Shown here: piece after piece, positions 30,801-40,294 of the stretch | Layout: each line of letters begins with the position of its first letter | Numbering within the stretch: the first letter of the stretch is position 1 | Source of the DNA: a virus | Lineage: Duplodnaviria; Caudoviricetes | DNA: 64,000 nt | Direction: 5' to 3' (one strand) | IMG/VR virus record: IMGVR_UViG_3300048591_000242 | Location: 64,001 to 128,000 of that record | Program-made: the position numbers and the translations under genes | The notes under the pieces: model-generated | What the model was told of the DNA's origin: nothing | Databases searched by the model: none | Seen by the model: the letters and a program-made list of their open reading frames with translations, nothing else

Positions 30801-31925
30801 CGGTTGAACATGTCGTCTGTTCAACAGTCTTCTATGGTTTCGGCTAAGGGCAGTGTGGTTACTCCAGTGCGTACCGGTTATGAGCAGGTTATTGCTAATA
30901 GATGTAGTGATAAATTTGCATATAGTGCTAAAGGCGATGGTAAGGTAATATCGGTAGATGATAAATATCTTCAAATTCAATATAAGGATGAGTCTGGAGA
31001 AGAAGTTATTAAAGGTATACCAGTAGGTACTAAGCACGGCTTGGCTGCAGGTGCGGTAATTCCGCATAAAACTGTTACTGACCTTAAGGCAGGAGCTAAA
31101 TTTAAGAAAGGCGATATCCTTACCTGGAATAACGGTTACTTTAGCAGAGACTATCTAAATCCCGGTGGTGTATCTTCTAAAGGAGGAGTACTGGCTAGAA
31201 TGGCTATACTGGAGTCCTCAGATACCATCGAGGATAGTTCCGCTATAAGTGAAAGGTTAGTAAAACAGCTAGCTACACCTATTAGTAAAATGAAAACCAT
31301 ACTGGTATCCTTTACTGACTCGGTCACTAACTTAGTTAAGGAAGGAGACGCAGTGGATATAGAGTCTATTTTATGTGTAATAGAAGACGCCTCTACCGCT
31401 GAATTGTCTAAAAATGATACTAGTCTAGTAGGCTTAACTAAATTATCTGGCAGTACACCTAGGGCTAAATTTAGAGGTACTGTAGGTAAGGTTGAGATTG
31501 TCTATATGGGTAAACCAGAAGACATGCATCCTACCTTAAAGTCCATAGCTTTAAAAGATGCTAAGGCTAGAAAGGAGACAATAAAGAGCACTGGAGTGGA
31601 TGGCGCTACTACAGGTGAGATTTTTGCTACTACCTTTGTAGGAGGAGAGAAGGTAACACCTAACACTATGGCTATAACCATCTATATGGATTCTGAGCTT
31701 GAAAATGCAGTTGGGGATAAAGCTGTGTTTGATAATGCACTTAAGACTATAGTGGGTAGGGTAATGACTGGTACTAATACCACAGAAGATGGGGAGCCTA
31801 TTGATGGGTTATTCAGCTATGATGGGATAAGTCGTAGGATAGTTCCGGGCGCCTTTTCTAATGGAATTACCAATACTACCCTTTTAGCTTTAGGAGAAGC
31901 CTTTGTAAAAGCTTATAGGGGATAG
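27816..31925 (+). CDS. virion RNA polymerase beta-like subunit (phiKZ gp178-like)
   Basis: AGGAG RBS before ATG 27816; RpoB-like motifs 'TFSGQGGR', 'SESTPDSAKVG', 'NMSSVQQSSM', 'VRTGYE', 'IEDSSAISE', 'VGDKAVF'. Confidence 0.9.
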   Translation: MLPYKTYFLKHVAKNLQQLMSRKPSKAETITLPADTLIHHMSDSPSEYGIRLSHPLLVNDKLPIRVSHVLELSSHEGDPKPRVLNENKLITNYFKDRPSLFTRLKKIDRAMKESRAVVVFDYSTLPHKYYYLKSKLSHIHEYNNLIATQFNSAIEVGIQKNQFMCFRLPTALPDLMQFRTTPNPMPTAKVDLWEDEDALGLLYIWNLLDEPTKFPREAASSITLAFYDADNVSQVNLGDLLEWAEKDVKITKNVLYKAWSSLMSTRTTVDSEALEGVEETPEEGGVVQENDFTEEPSESEELPKPVKEIAATTEDPVKQTETTVIDNEVVNFEVPVFEGDVNIAERTLNESMAELASVGRLSTAEQNRLRTISRNYKKIKNPFGEGTLEELTVIKPESLVISSEDHNIPEKKFVLDKGMLNSTVNDFTGKYVKELLQKDVTKAVLNVQNAGVLVKDYKVENKKDAINDYNEYTVELVPINGKASTVKFRLPVVNEDGEFLANNTLYKLDNQKNDLPIRKIRGDRVALTSYYGKVFIDRSPKAVNNYGRWITTKITKAAMDSDVSNITDLVFSNASLPNVSLPRAYTAVASNILKFTSGRFSMYFGYSNREEVFSKEALDLVESKGLTICGFQSDAKGIYLGMDKDGMIHVVSTKENKTIGNLSELIGLGWGDGPIEFAEVKVFGRSVPMVLFLAYIYGLSTLLSKTKIPHRWVDSGNQLNLGPHEYRFRFRNESLVIDTRARLASMIIGGLSAVKRITPDYDSFDFNKKGIYGHVFDMLGLGRHLLKEISLMDKMFVDPITKEILESRKEPTELRGMLVYAAELLLDDNAPHEMDPEWMRVRGYERFSGFVYNQLVSAIRTHGNAPNPARAQVSINPTAVWGDILADTAVLLVEESNPIHNLKEKEGLTFSGQGGRNSKTMVERTRVFHENDIGVISESTPDSAKVGIRSYMPPNAKLNSLRGTTVRFDLEKDSAASALSTTGLLSPSGTQLDGKRLNMSSVQQSSMVSAKGSVVTPVRTGYEQVIANRCSDKFAYSAKGDGKVISVDDKYLQIQYKDESGEEVIKGIPVGTKHGLAAGAVIPHKTVTDLKAGAKFKKGDILTWNNGYFSRDYLNPGGVSSKGGVLARMAILESSDTIEDSSAISERLVKQLATPISKMKTILVSFTDSVTNLVKEGDAVDIESILCVIEDASTAELSKNDTSLVGLTKLSGSTPRAKFRGTVGKVEIVYMGKPEDMHPTLKSIALKDAKARKETIKSTGVDGATTGEIFATTFVGGEKVTPNTMAITIYMDSELENAVGDKAVFDNALKTIVGRVMTGTNTTEDGEPIDGLFSYDGISRRIVPGAFSNGITNTTLLALGEAFVKAYRG

Positions 31926-31964
31926 TTTATGCTGCGTCGGTAGCCGTAGAATCGACTGTTTTAC

Positions 31965-31995
31965 GGGGGTGGCTAAAAGGCCACCCCCTTCTTTA
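31965..31995 (+). terminator. GC-rich hairpin terminator
   Basis: GGGGGTGGCT/GGCCACCCCC stem followed by TTCTTT; TATGCTG at 31928-31934 lies upstream. Confidence 0.65.
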
Positions 31996-32014
31996 ATTTA
32001 ATTGGAGAAGACTA

Positions 32015-32236
32015 ATGTCTTTCGTTGACCTTAATAAAAACCAAGAGAAGGCTAGAGAAGTAGAAACTCTAGCTACTGTAGCAAACGGTTTAGCCATAGC
32101 CAGTGCTGCAATCAGTGAACTTATCGGCAAAGACTTAGCTAAATCCGAAGAAGTATCCTTCGAGGACCTTATCGTAGTCTGTGTAGGTAATGAGATTAAC
32201 ACGGCTATAGAGCGTATGGCAGGAGAGAAAGCGTAA
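32015..32236 (+). CDS. small conserved hypothetical protein
   Basis: GGAG RBS, coupled to the next gene. Confidence 0.7.
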   Translation: MSFVDLNKNQEKAREVETLATVANGLAIASAAISELIGKDLAKSEEVSFEDLIVVCVGNEINTAIERMAGEKA

Positions 32237-33663
32237 TGTTGACTAATAAAATTATTACTAGATCCAGAGATCTGGCTAGTTCTGTACACTATGCTGGTTT
32301 AACATTAACGGGTTGTCCTGGTAGTGCTATTTCCATTTTAAATAAAAAGGTAAGACCTTTAGCTGTACAAGAAACAACCGATGCTGAGATAGGTGGCGGT
32401 AGTAGCAATGCAGTTGTTGAAAGTAGCCTTAAGGCTATGTCGGTAATGGTAGATGCGGATGGCACTGAGTCGCATTCAGTGGAGCTGGGGGCCATAGCTA
32501 GTTTTGTGGCCGACAGAGTATCTGCTTCTATTAAGTACGCCAGAAACACCATTAATCCACTAGTAGCAGATATCTTGGGTAAGGCAGAAACTGCTCGGGG
32601 AGAGGCCTCTATTGGTGGTATTCTGAGTAGACCTATCGTAATGGTAGAGGTACCTGAAATCTATTATGACGGTATGTTGGATAGCCTTATTGAAAGAAAT
32701 AAGACTATGCCTAGTACTGCAAAACCAGTAAACCAGATGTTAGCTGAAGAGCTATTAAGCGCCATTACTGACGTAGAGTTCCTTGATGCCGTTCGCACTA
32801 ACAACGAGGTGTTTGATAAGAAAGTAAAAAGCATTTTAAACAACGTATCTATCGACCATTACCTTATCTGCGATCGAGTAAGTCGAGTAGCCAAGTCCTC
32901 TCCGTTTAATGATAACTTATCTGTACTGGCTTTGCTCTATTTACTAGCCGTTAAAAATGGTAACGTACAGTCCATCGACACCAACGCATTGTCCGCTGAA
33001 GATAAGTTAGAAATCAGTAACGCTATTAATTATTATGGTTTTATGGTTAATAGACAAATTGACGACTTTGACATGTATCTGAGAAAGAACTTTCTGGTAG
33101 ATTTAAATAGTACCGATTACAGTTCAGTGAAAGTAGTAGGCCCTGTATATCGTAACTGGTTGGAAACTTTAAACGGTACACCGGAGGCTGTGTTAGCCTT
33201 TGCTGCTGAAAACAACAATTCCGGTATGCTGGCTACCTTGCAGGCTGACCTTTACGGTAACCCAGGTAAGTACACTGCGTCTTATAATAGAGCAGTACAG
33301 ACGCTGGCTATAGAGAACCGTTTACGGGGAAATCACGCTATAGATAAAGTAGTAAAGCAAGAGCTCTATAAGTTTATCCGTGAAGAATATGCTGATTCAG
33401 AAACCGAGAAGCGTGAGCTTTTAGAAAGAGTAGAGACGGTTACCGGTAGAGCCAAGTATGTATCGGCTATGGATCTGGACATGCATATCCTACGCACCGT
33501 ATGTAGCGTACTCTGTATGGAGAAGAACGATGCCTTTGAGATTCTCACTACTATGCGTAGCTATTTGAAGGATAACCCTGAGTCTACTCCGGCTACAGCC
33601 GCTTTAGTATCGGCTACCAAACTGGTATCTAAGTGGGTAGTCTCTCAGATGTCGTTATCGTAA
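32236..33663 (+). CDS. probable virion structural protein (phiKZ gp177-like by synteny)
   Basis: 475 aa, between the vRNAP beta gene and the protease cluster. Confidence 0.6.
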   Translation: MLTNKIITRSRDLASSVHYAGLTLTGCPGSAISILNKKVRPLAVQETTDAEIGGGSSNAVVESSLKAMSVMVDADGTESHSVELGAIASFVADRVSASIKYARNTINPLVADILGKAETARGEASIGGILSRPIVMVEVPEIYYDGMLDSLIERNKTMPSTAKPVNQMLAEELLSAITDVEFLDAVRTNNEVFDKKVKSILNNVSIDHYLICDRVSRVAKSSPFNDNLSVLALLYLLAVKNGNVQSIDTNALSAEDKLEISNAINYYGFMVNRQIDDFDMYLRKNFLVDLNSTDYSSVKVVGPVYRNWLETLNGTPEAVLAFAAENNNSGMLATLQADLYGNPGKYTASYNRAVQTLAIENRLRGNHAIDKVVKQELYKFIREEYADSETEKRELLERVETVTGRAKYVSAMDLDMHILRTVCSVLCMEKNDAFEILTTMRSYLKDNPESTPATAALVSATKLVSKWVVSQMSLS

Positions 33664-33679
33664 TTAGGGGGATTCTAGT

Positions 33680-34402
33680 GTGGATATTAGTCGTCTAGTA
33701 CGAGACGGTAATAAAGTTAAGTCTACTCTTAAAACAGTAGCTAACGGTATAGTTACCGAAACTGGCTGTAAGATATACATACCCAAACACTACGCTTCAG
33801 GTAAGCTAGGTAGCATGGTGGATAACGTTAAGTCTATAGGCTTCTTCGCTATGGTAGTAGAAGGTAAGTACTATGCAGTGAATAAGGTATGTGCGATGAT
33901 GACGTTTTCTCCAGATACCATTAACGTGGTTATGGTGGATGAGTATCCATACTTGGAGATGTCCTTTCTACCCGGTTCCTTAGCTATTATAGGTAGGGAA
34001 TTAGTTAGAAATAACTCACTGCTATTCCCTATATACGACGAGATTGTAGCTAAGGGTAGAACACCATGGTACCTTAACTATACTGACCTAGGTGGTATGT
34101 TCGATACAGCGCAGATGCACGCTGGAGTAAATCTTAGGGCTTCTCGTTCTATATTAGAGATGCTGGCTGCCTCTAGGGCACGTGATCCTAAGAATAGGGC
34201 GGGTTACTATAGAAATACACTTAAGTCACAAGATGACTTAAATAGTAAACAGCCCGTAGTTATACCTCTACGTAGCGTTAGTGATGGGGCCACTGGTACC
34301 GGCTCAAAGCTTTTAGGTTCTTATTTAAATGAGGGCCTTTCTTCTGCTTTAGTTAATCCTAATGAGAGACTAGAGAGAGTAGAAGAATTACTTTTAAAAT
34401 AA
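33680..34402 (+). CDS. conserved jumbo-phage protein (phiKZ gp176-like by synteny)
   Basis: Immediately upstream of the prohead protease gene. Confidence 0.6.
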   Translation: MDISRLVRDGNKVKSTLKTVANGIVTETGCKIYIPKHYASGKLGSMVDNVKSIGFFAMVVEGKYYAVNKVCAMMTFSPDTINVVMVDEYPYLEMSFLPGSLAIIGRELVRNNSLLFPIYDEIVAKGRTPWYLNYTDLGGMFDTAQMHAGVNLRASRSILEMLAASRARDPKNRAGYYRNTLKSQDDLNSKQPVVIPLRSVSDGATGTGSKLLGSYLNEGLSSALVNPNERLERVEELLLK

Positions 34403-34419
34403 ACAAGAGGAATTAAACA

Positions 34420-35175
34420 ATGAGCCGTTCAGTTAGTTATAGCTGTAATCTAGTGCACGGTACCGACAAAAAGAGAAAGCTTAAGGTAGATGCTAATGGC
34501 TACTATGAGTGTACCCTGGGTGCCTTTAACATTTACAACAGTAGTGGTGAGTATTATCCGGCATTAGAGTCAGTAAAGGAAATGTTTTCTCCTGGAGGTA
34601 GTCTACGTCGTAGGTTAGATAACGGTACCTGTAGAGGTGAATTAGATCACCCAAGTCCAGCGCAGTGTAAAAACCTTATGGACTTTATTAAAAGAGTACT
34701 GACTATTCAACCAGACAGGGTATCACACCACATTGCCTCGGTTACTCTAAATGAAACCAGAGACGATAAAGGTAATAACATAGTTTTATGTACCGGTAGA
34801 TTAAAACCTTCTGGTCCGTATGCTAGTACCTTACAAGCTAGTCTGGAAAACGTAGAAGAAAACGTAGCTTTTTCCATACGTTCTCTTACCAACGACAAGA
34901 CTTTAAATGGTAGAAAAGAGAAACACATTCAAACTATAGTTACTTGGGATTATGTAAACGAGCCTGGGATTTCTTTAGCGAATAAGTTTCAAACGCCTAC
35001 TTTAGAGTCACTGGATAGTGAAGTAGTTATACTGGAAGATATGTTATCCGATATAGCTAGAGAGAAATCTCCGTTAGGTATGGAATCTGCTAGGGCTGCA
35101 GCTATGGTTTTAACAGACTTAGGGTGGCACAAAGTAGAGGTTATTAATCCTAACCTTGCGTATTTGAATTGGTAA
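34420..35175 (+). CDS. prohead protease (phiKZ gp175 / T4 gp21-like)
   Basis: 'RGELDHP' (His), 'AFSIRS' (Ser), 'TWDYVNEPG' (Asp); C-terminal 'TLES' and 'GMES' self-cleavage-type sites. Confidence 0.9.
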   Translation: MSRSVSYSCNLVHGTDKKRKLKVDANGYYECTLGAFNIYNSSGEYYPALESVKEMFSPGGSLRRRLDNGTCRGELDHPSPAQCKNLMDFIKRVLTIQPDRVSHHIASVTLNETRDDKGNNIVLCTGRLKPSGPYASTLQASLENVEENVAFSIRSLTNDKTLNGRKEKHIQTIVTWDYVNEPGISLANKFQTPTLESLDSEVVILEDMLSDIAREKSPLGMESARAAAMVLTDLGWHKVEVINPNLAYLNW

Positions 35176-35183
35176 ATAAACAT

Positions 35184-35221
35184 TACTCCATACTCCTTAA
35201 TGGGGTATGGGGTATATGCCG
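35184..35221 (+). terminator. hairpin + TATGCCG element
   Basis: TACTCCATACTCC/GGGGTATGGGGTA stem (with G-U pairs), TATGCCG at 35215-35221. Confidence 0.7.
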
Positions 35222-35330
35222 TAGGCCGGTATATCGTATGTCTAATTTTGCAACAATATCTATAGCCGATACCGTTTAATATGTGTTGCTTTATCTAATC
35301 TATATAACTAATAGACTATAGGGGCACGGT

Positions 35331-35813
35331 ATGAAGAAAGGCAGTGAGGGCAGTGTCAGTAGAGACATAGACATTGTGGAAGATACTACCATAAGAGTAA
35401 AGACTATTTTAGGTGGAGCTATAGCGGTTATCATGACGGTAGCTGGCGCTGCTATGGAATTTAGGGATATAAAAAGAGATATCTCTGATATTACCAACGT
35501 ATCTATCTCTAGAGTAAATGAAAGGTATGGGGATTTAAAGGTAGACGTAGCTAACCTGATGGTTGAGAGCGCTGCTAGTAAGACAGAAATTACTAAACTT
35601 ATAGCAGAAAATACTAAGCAGATAGATTTAGGGGATAGTAAGTTACGAGAGTCTATTAGAGACTTAGGTATCAGAGTGACGGATATGGAGGATCGCGTGG
35701 TTAGATTAAAAATAGATATACTTAAAGCTACTAAGGAAAGTGAGACTAAAATAGCTGAGCTGGATAAGCGTATAGATAAGCTTACTAGGGAAATGGATAA
35801 GCTAGGCAAGTAA
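35331..35813 (+). CDS. membrane-anchored coiled-coil protein
   Basis: One TM helix followed by a long heptad-pattern helix. Confidence 0.65.
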   Translation: MKKGSEGSVSRDIDIVEDTTIRVKTILGGAIAVIMTVAGAAMEFRDIKRDISDITNVSISRVNERYGDLKVDVANLMVESAASKTEITKLIAENTKQIDLGDSKLRESIRDLGIRVTDMEDRVVRLKIDILKATKESETKIAELDKRIDKLTREMDKLGK

Positions 35814-35860
35814 TGTAGTGGCGTGGAGTGTACACCGTAATTTAACAAAGGTGCTGCTCC

Positions 35861-36286
35861 GTGAATAAATTAATTATAGCCTTTTTTACAATGGCTGTGT
35901 CTACCACACTAAACGGGGAGTTAGTTATAATTACTAACCGAGACACAGGGGTAAAATCAATAACCTATGAGTTCCTGTATGACTCCTATGTGTTTAACAT
36001 ACGTACGTGGCCAAACGGCATGCCGCTTACTATAGTCACTTTACCCATGTCTGACGTAGGCCATCGTTTATTTTTAGACAAGTATATTGGATTGGGATCT
36101 GTAGGCTATTTGACTCGCTATGAGCGTAAAGTACTACTGGGTAATGCCAGACCCCCGGTAGTAGTAGAGAGCCCGTACGCGCTAATAGAAGCAGTGTCTA
36201 CTAATGTAGGGTATGTAGGGTATATAGACAGTGATATACTCAAATATAGCGGTACGGATAACATTGAAGTTCTGAATATACAGTAA
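35861..36286 (+). CDS. secreted protein resembling small periplasmic 'phosphate ABC substrate-binding'-like proteins
   Basis: Signal peptide; 'VIITN', 'WPNGMPLTIV', 'LIEAVSTNVGYVGYID' pattern. Confidence 0.6.
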   Translation: MNKLIIAFFTMAVSTTLNGELVIITNRDTGVKSITYEFLYDSYVFNIRTWPNGMPLTIVTLPMSDVGHRLFLDKYIGLGSVGYLTRYERKVLLGNARPPVVVESPYALIEAVSTNVGYVGYIDSDILKYSGTDNIEVLNIQ

Positions 36287-36290
36287 ATAT

Positions 36291-36332
36291 ACTCTATAGG
36301 GACATCTGTCCCTATAGAGTGACCTTATGCTT
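36291..36332 (+). terminator. hairpin + TATGCTT element
   Basis: 13-bp stem ACTCTATAGGGAC/GTCCCTATAGAGT. Confidence 0.7.
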
Positions 36333-36397
36333 CATTTATATTTTAACGTTTACCAAGAATAGAGTATAAGACAATAGCTTAATCTGGATAGGTTACT

Positions 36398-38863
36398 ATG
36401 TATATTAAAAGAATAATTCTTAAAGGTTTTAAGAATCTAGCACTATCTAACATAGAAGAGCTGGATTATTCCATAGAGATGCCCTTACAGTTAGTGTTAG
36501 GAAAGAACGGTTCTGGTAAATCCAGTTTATTAAGAGAGCTGTCTCCTTTTCCAGCTAACACTAGTAATTTCGATAAGGGCGGTTTTAAAGAAGTACATTT
36601 GGAGTATAACGGTAATACGTATCTTCTTAAAAGTGAAATCAGTAGATCTGGCAGACACTGGTTTATAAAGAATGAAAGCGAAAGATTGAATGACGGTGGT
36701 ACTGCTGCCGTTCAAAAGGAGCTAGTAGAAAGGGAGTTTAATATTACTCCTTTTATTTATAAGTTAATCACTGGTCAGCTTAGGTTCACAGACATGTCTC
36801 CTAGCGCCCGTAAAGATGCCTTAACGACGATTTCTAACCTTAAGCTAGACTATGCCTTGGGTTTATTTGAACGCCTCAGACAGGCCCACAGGGACACTCA
36901 GGGGGCTATCAAACATGTGGATAGTAAACTGGAGGGAGTAAACAGTCAGCTATTGGCTATAGGTGATCTAAATGCTCTACAAGAAGAACACCTAATTATT
37001 ACCGAAAGTATCCGTGAGCTAATACCGCTATCGGTAAACCAAAAGATAAATACCGCATATCTAGAACAGCAATTAAATAACGCATTAGATAACTTAGATT
37101 CGTATATAGTTGCACAGGGACACTGTCTAAATATAAATGATTCCAAGTATAGATCTACCATAGATGTAGAGAAAGCTATTTTAGAGATAGATAATAAACT
37201 CTATGCTGAAAAAACAAATATAGACGAGTTACTAAATAATCTATCTGAGCTTACCAAACTAACCGCTGTATTGGAAGATAATGAGGATGGAATTACTATA
37301 CTGGAAGATAGGGTAAAATATATAGACAGTGAGTTAGCTAAATTGCCTCCTGCCATATCCACTGTAGATTACGTTGTTAGTACGGATATAGTTCTAAATA
37401 AACTTACAGGGGTGTACGGTAGACTACAAGACCTATACGCCAACAAAGACATTGAAATGGTTTCATGTACTAGATTGGAGTATCAGGAGAGTAAATCAAA
37501 ACTGGAAGAAGCTAATACCGCTTTGGTTTACAATAAAGCTTATTTAGGTAGGCAGGAGAATATTCGATCTAAGGTGGAGTTAGCCAGACTAGAGGATAAG
37601 ACTTGTCCTAAGTGCGAGACAGTTATATTGGGTAGTGAGTCTATGTCGGATGAAGAGTACAGTGCACTTCTGGCTAAAATAGAGGAATTACGTGTAACTG
37701 TATCTGAGAGTGAGGCTAAACGAAATAAGATAGCTGAATTACATGACAGATATGAGCTATATGTACGTTACTTTAAATCAGTGCACTCCACTATTTATAG
37801 TGAGAATGAACTGCTTCCACTATGGAACTCTATGGGTGAAATTAAGTGGATCATAGATAATCTAAATGTAAGTTTAGATTTAATACGTAAAGAGATAAAC
37901 TCATTGAAGATTAAAATTCATAGAGACTCTCTTTTGTTAGACAAATCTAATATGGTATCTACTATAGATAACTTTAGATTAGCTGAATCCACTAATGCCT
38001 GCGCACGTAAAAAGTCTATAGAGTCTGCTCTAGATAAACGCTATGCTTCTTTGTCTACGTATAGGGAAAAGAAGAAACATCTAGAACAAGAACTATCTAG
38101 ATTCAGAGCATGCACTGTATTTCAAGAGACTTATCTTAAGCTGAAAGACGAACTTACTTTAGCCTGGTACAATTGGTGTAACGGTATGGCACATAGCCTT
38201 ATAGGAGATAAAATAGAGGAGTTTCAAAATAGATCCGGCGACATAAGAGCTATACTTAGTAAAAAGAATCATCTTTTAATCTCAGCTTATGAGTTAAAAG
38301 AAGATCATACTAGATTGGCAGAAGAGCTAGAAGCCTATAAAGAACTCTCCAGAGAGCTATCACCCACTACAGGCGTAATAGCTGAAATTATGCGTGAGTA
38401 TTTAGATAACTTTCTAGGGGAAATAAACAAAATTATAGGCTTCGTCTGGGAATATCCGCTATCCGTTAAATCCTGCGGCGTAGAAACAGTAGGTTTGGAT
38501 TATAAATTTCCTTTAGTAGTGTCTGACTTAGATACCCCTATAGACATATCTGAGGGTTCACAGGGACAAAAGGATATTATTAACTTTGCCTTTACTATAG
38601 TAGCTATGGCTTATATGGGGCTACAAGACTACCCTATATACATGGATGAAGTAGGTGCGTCTTTTGACCACAAGCATAGAGGTAATTTAATTAACTACAT
38701 AAAGACGCTGATAGAAAGTCGACAGTGTAGTCAGTTATTTATGGTAAATCACTATAGTAGCGACCATGGTGGATTATCTCACACAAACACGCTTGTACTC
38801 TCAGCAGATAACATCGTATTGCCTAGTAACTACAACGAGCACGTTAAAATAACATACAAGTAA
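36398..38863 (+). CDS. sbcC: SbcC/Rad50-like ATPase (phiKZ gp165-like)
   Basis: Walker A GKNGSGKS, coiled coils with a central CPKC zinc hook, signature SEGSQGQ, Walker B 'YMDEVGASFD'. Confidence 0.9.
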   Translation: MYIKRIILKGFKNLALSNIEELDYSIEMPLQLVLGKNGSGKSSLLRELSPFPANTSNFDKGGFKEVHLEYNGNTYLLKSEISRSGRHWFIKNESERLNDGGTAAVQKELVEREFNITPFIYKLITGQLRFTDMSPSARKDALTTISNLKLDYALGLFERLRQAHRDTQGAIKHVDSKLEGVNSQLLAIGDLNALQEEHLIITESIRELIPLSVNQKINTAYLEQQLNNALDNLDSYIVAQGHCLNINDSKYRSTIDVEKAILEIDNKLYAEKTNIDELLNNLSELTKLTAVLEDNEDGITILEDRVKYIDSELAKLPPAISTVDYVVSTDIVLNKLTGVYGRLQDLYANKDIEMVSCTRLEYQESKSKLEEANTALVYNKAYLGRQENIRSKVELARLEDKTCPKCETVILGSESMSDEEYSALLAKIEELRVTVSESEAKRNKIAELHDRYELYVRYFKSVHSTIYSENELLPLWNSMGEIKWIIDNLNVSLDLIRKEINSLKIKIHRDSLLLDKSNMVSTIDNFRLAESTNACARKKSIESALDKRYASLSTYREKKKHLEQELSRFRACTVFQETYLKLKDELTLAWYNWCNGMAHSLIGDKIEEFQNRSGDIRAILSKKNHLLISAYELKEDHTRLAEELEAYKELSRELSPTTGVIAEIMREYLDNFLGEINKIIGFVWEYPLSVKSCGVETVGLDYKFPLVVSDLDTPIDISEGSQGQKDIINFAFTIVAMAYMGLQDYPIYMDEVGASFDHKHRGNLINYIKTLIESRQCSQLFMVNHYSSDHGGLSHTNTLVLSADNIVLPSNYNEHVKITYK

Positions 38864-38877
38864 TGAGGAGACAATGA

Positions 38878-39363
38878 ATGGATATAACTACACTGCCAAT
38901 CGAATATGCTGTGATTTTGCTATTCTTGTTTGAAATAATTGGTTGGGTCATCCCATATAGAGGTGATTCTCCGGTATGGGCCAAACCAGGCTTATATACG
39001 GTAGCAGCACTAATAATGTTTAAGTGGATTATATTTTCTGGTATAGTCTACTGGATAGAGGGATTCCTTACCAGTACTAGCATATCCGCTCTGTGTATAT
39101 TTAATGTTTTAAACCCATACTTTTTACTGTATGGAGGTGTAGCCATACCGCATGGGCATCATAACCATAAGAAGATACATAGCGCATACAAACACATGTT
39201 ATCCATTATGTCTATACTAGTTACTGTATCTGTAATTCAGTATATATACACTTATGATGTGATGCCGTGGGCTCACGTGTATGTTAATATATTTTTAATA
39301 TACATAACGTTTGCAGTGCCACCTAGGCAATTAATAAAGTCTCAGCAGCTAGTGTATTTATAG
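38878..39363 (+). CDS. multi-pass membrane protein
   Basis: 4-5 hydrophobic segments and a His-rich loop 'PHGHHNHKKIH'. Confidence 0.65.
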   Translation: MDITTLPIEYAVILLFLFEIIGWVIPYRGDSPVWAKPGLYTVAALIMFKWIIFSGIVYWIEGFLTSTSISALCIFNVLNPYFLLYGGVAIPHGHHNHKKIHSAYKHMLSIMSILVTVSVIQYIYTYDVMPWAHVYVNIFLIYITFAVPPRQLIKSQQLVYL

Positions 39364-39371
39364 CATAGTTT

Positions 39372-39411
39372 CTCTATACAGGACAAATGTCCTGTATAGA
39401 GCTTTATGCTG
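39372..39411 (+). terminator. hairpin + TATGCTG element
   Basis: 13-bp stem CTCTATACAGGAC/GTCCTGTATAGAG. Confidence 0.7.
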
Positions 39412-39478
39412 TGTATTTTTTAATCTAAATTGTATATAATTATTTACAAAAATAGGTTAAAATAAGAAGAGGTGTGGT

Positions 39479-40132
39479 ATGGTGAACGATCTACAGTTAG
39501 CCCTATTGTGCGTAAACGCATATACCGACGGTAATAACCACGGTAATGGGGTTGTTAGATCACAAGGAGCCAGTGTGGTATACGACAAGGTAGTTTACTA
39601 TAAACAGGTTAGAGAAGTGGAAGTAGTGGGATATTACCTAAACAACAATGATTTTGTTTTGGCAGTAAGAGGCACAGAAACACATCACAACTCCAGAAGA
39701 TGGTACACTAACTGGTTTGACATTGTTAGGAACCTACGTGCTGTACCCTGGAAGACTGAATTTGGTTGGGGGCATGCCGGTTTCTATAAAGGTGCTAAGT
39801 ACTGGCTAGAAGAGTATAAGAGTAAGATACCCAAGAACGTTAACTTACATATAGTGGGTCATTCCATGGGTGCACAGATAGCCGCTTGGATGGCGCTGCA
39901 TTTACGGGATGATGTTAGCAGGGTAGTGTTATTCGCTGAGCCTAAAGGGTTTTTTAGGGGTACTTATAAGACATACAGCATACTAGGGCTTAAATCCATA
40001 ACTACCTCATATTTAAATGGCGATGATTGGATACGTAATGTACCGCCATGGGGAAAGAGATCAGTAAGGCCCACTATGTTACCTACAGGCACGCACAAAA
40101 TGTCCGAGTACATAGCTTCATTACTTAAGTAA
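39479..40132 (+). CDS. lipase class 3-like alpha/beta hydrolase
   Basis: 'LAVRGTE', 'HAGFY', nucleophile motif GHSMG, 'FAEPK', 'DWIRNVP', C-terminal 'HKMSEY'. Confidence 0.88.
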   Translation: MVNDLQLALLCVNAYTDGNNHGNGVVRSQGASVVYDKVVYYKQVREVEVVGYYLNNNDFVLAVRGTETHHNSRRWYTNWFDIVRNLRAVPWKTEFGWGHAGFYKGAKYWLEEYKSKIPKNVNLHIVGHSMGAQIAAWMALHLRDDVSRVVLFAEPKGFFRGTYKTYSILGLKSITTSYLNGDDWIRNVPPWGKRSVRPTMLPTGTHKMSEYIASLLK

Positions 40133-40137
40133 AACGC

Positions 40138-40176
40138 AGCTACGGTCTCCATAGGAGGCTGTAGCTATCTATGCTT
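40138..40176 (+). terminator. hairpin + TATGCTT element
   Basis: AGCTACGGTCTCC/GGAGGCTGTAGCT stem (with G-U pairs). Confidence 0.65.
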
Positions 40177-40224
40177 GTTAATATAAACCTACTAAATTAA
40201 TAGTATTGCGTCCAAGCATGTTTT

Positions 40225-40247
40225 AGGTATATATCACTATAGTAGAA
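40225..40247 (+). promoter_or_regulatory. putative early promoter AGGTATATATCACTATAGTAGAA
   Basis: 23-nt sequence identical to 51662-51684. Confidence 0.75.
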
Positions 40248-40294
40248 TGGTGCACTAAGCACAAAACCAACCACAAGTAAAGGATAAGTTAAAA

